Virus record (IMG/VR): IMGVR_UViG_3300029404_000062
Length of the DNA: 64,000 nucleotides
Reading direction: 5' to 3' (one strand)
DNA from: a virus
The notes under the pieces were generated by a model. It was not told the DNA's origin and searched no databases. It saw nothing but the letters and a program-made list of their open reading frames with translations. Within the stretch, counting starts at the first letter, position 1. Each line of letters opens with the position of its first letter. Positions 62,565-64,000 of this stretch are shown here, piece after piece. A program made the position numbers and the translations under genes.

Positions 62565-63632
62565 TTACTCCTCCCACGGAAGACCGGCCTTACCGAAGTG
62601 ACCGTAGGCACTGACCTTGTTGTAGTCCACATCCAGAAGACCCAGCCGTTTGGTGATACCCTGCGGGGTCAGGTCGTAGCTGTCGTTGATGTAGGCTTGG
62701 ATGAAGTCCAGTGCTTCATGCTCCGTACCAAAACACTCCACCGACACACCCACCGGCTGAACCACGCCGATGGCGTAGGCCAGCTGGACTTCACACTTGT
62801 CAGCGTAGCCGGCCTGCACGATGTCCTTGGCGATCTTCCGTGCCATGTATGCAGCGGAGCGATCCACCTTGGTGGGGTCTTTGCCGGACAAAGCACCGCC
62901 ACCGATACAACCGATGCCGCCGTAGGTATCACACGCCAGCTTCCTGCCAGTCACACCACAGTCGGCAAAGCTGCCGCCCAGCACGAATCGGCCGGTCGGG
63001 TTGACCAGCTTCTGGAAGCTCCCGTCCAGTCCGTACTCACAGGCGGCAAGCACCATCATGGATTCGATGATGTGCCGGAAATCGCTGACCTCCACATCCG
63101 GGCTGTGCTGCACGGAGCAGAGGAAAGTGGTGATGCGTCCGGTGTCATAATCATAGCTGACCTGTGCCTTGGCATCTGCACGGAACATCCTGCTGGGATG
63201 CGCTTTCAACAACTGCAGAAACTTGGTGGCGACCATGTACGGAATCGGCATCTGCTCCACCGTTTCGTTGGTGGCATAGCCATACATGATGCCCTGGTCA
63301 CCGGCACCGCCCTTGTCCACACCAAGTGCAATGTCCGGCGACTGCTTGTCCACCAGAATGCCGATGCGGAGCAGCTCTCTCATATCAAAGCCCAGCTTCT
63401 CGGCGCCGATGCGGGTAAGCACATCGTGGACGATCTGGTGGTAGTTCGGCTGGTAGTCGGTGGTGACCTCGCCAGCGATAATAAGCTGGCTCTTTTTCAG
63501 CAGGCACTCGATTGCCACGCGGGCGTTCTTGTCATGCTGAAGGATGTCTGTCACGATGGCATCTGCGATCTGGTCACAGATCTTATCAGGATGTCCATCG
63601 CTGACCTGTTCACAGGTAATAATCTTACTCAT
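62565..63632 (-). CDS. metK: S-adenosylmethionine synthetase (MetK), phage-encoded, translationally coupled to the HNH gene.
   Basis: DGHPDKICDQIADAIVTD at the N-terminus, GAGDQGIMYGYA, and the Gly-rich C-terminal loop match MetK. ORF 62565-63761, start taken at MSKIITCEQ with RBS GGAGG. Confidence 0.8.
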   Translation of the reverse strand: MSKIITCEQVSDGHPDKICDQIADAIVTDILQHDKNARVAIECLLKKSQLIIAGEVTTDYQPNYHQIVHDVLTRIGAEKLGFDMRELLRIGILVDKQSPDIALGVDKGGAGDQGIMYGYATNETVEQMPIPYMVATKFLQLLKAHPSRMFRADAKAQVSYDYDTGRITTFLCSVQHSPDVEVSDFRHIIESMMVLAACEYGLDGSFQKLVNPTGRFVLGGSFADCGVTGRKLACDTYGGIGCIGGGALSGKDPTKVDRSAAYMARKIAKDIVQAGYADKCEVQLAYAIGVVQPVGVSVECFGTEHEALDFIQAYINDSYDLTPQGITKRLGLLDVDYNKVSAYGHFGKAGLPWEE

Positions 63633-63683
63633 GTTCTTTGTCCTCCGTCTTTCATGTATCACAAAGCAGGCCGCCTTTGCCCT

Positions 63684-63841
63684 TGCCCACAAATAGGCTC
63701 CCACAAAGACTGCCTGCCATGTTCCAATATTGCTTTTACAGTGTAAATGCGATGCCCACAAAGATTGGGCCGCCCAGTGAAAAAGTAACTTTCAAATCTT
63801 CTTGTTTTCTTTTCTTGTAGCAAGTAGCAACTTGTAGCTAC
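63684..63841. promoter_or_regulatory. Operator-like repeat cluster upstream of metK: three (G)CCCACAAAG boxes and the palindromic block CTTGTAGCAAGTAGCAACTTGTAGCTAC (contains perfect palindrome GTAGCTAC).
   Basis: Boxes at ~63684, 63698, 63753; palindromic block at 63815-63841; AT-rich surroundings. Confidence 0.4.
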
Positions 63842-64000
63842 TTTTTCATATAGAAATCTATAAAAGAAAGTAAACATCAGTGTACAAGGGGTACAAACAA
63901 GATAAAATAGAAATGAGGGGCGATAGAGCGGAAATGTCAGATTTTCCACTCTATCTGAACACGGTCGCTGGTGGCCTTGATCGTAGAGATCAAACCATCG

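Noticed and set aside
62250-63746. 498-aa plus-strand ORF opposite metK/HNH
   Set aside because: Antisense to a gene with unmistakable MetK motifs.

Overview
High-GC (~55-58%) Firmicutes/Clostridia-like chromosome segment. Host genes occupy 1-4500: a partial lipoprotein gene, an atypical receiver-domain gene beside a LytTR-type response regulator, and a glmM-like phosphohexomutase. A 3' remnant of a GAPDH gene (4403-4511) abuts an AT-rich junction with att-like repeats. From about 4.5 kb to the window end, almost everything is on the minus strand and is prophage or integrative-element DNA. Region 4.5-7.5 kb is a patchwork: a 365-bp duplicate of the tape-measure gene start, an orphan Phd/YefM antitoxin, a fragment of a ParB-methyltransferase gene, an iteron-like repeat array, and two stand-alone copies of a recombinase C-terminal domain. 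Region 7.5-18.2 kb holds three different large serine recombinases. Between them lies a low-GC cargo island: a RecA-like ATPase, an XRE regulator, and an AAA_21 ATPase paired with a small DUF4276/TOPRIM-like protein (candidate defence module). Region 18.4-47.4 kb is a complete siphovirus-type late region: endolysin, holin, two SGNH-tipped tail fibres, Tal, Dit, a 1984-aa tape measure, G/GT chaperones, major tail protein, HK97-type head genes, portal and terminase. Two autonomously expressed morons sit in the tail module: a DUF234 AAA+ ATPase and an SPFH protein. Region 47.5-63.7 kb is an accessory/anti-defence arm. It holds small genes, each behind a repeated promoter cassette; an amidoligase with two GGCT-like genes and a degenerate acidic amidoligase paralog; DUF4314-, DUF3846- and DpnD-like genes; three DNA methyltransferases; an HNH endonuclease; and a phage-encoded MetK. 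The right prophage end lies beyond the window. No rRNA, tRNA or CRISPR array was seen.
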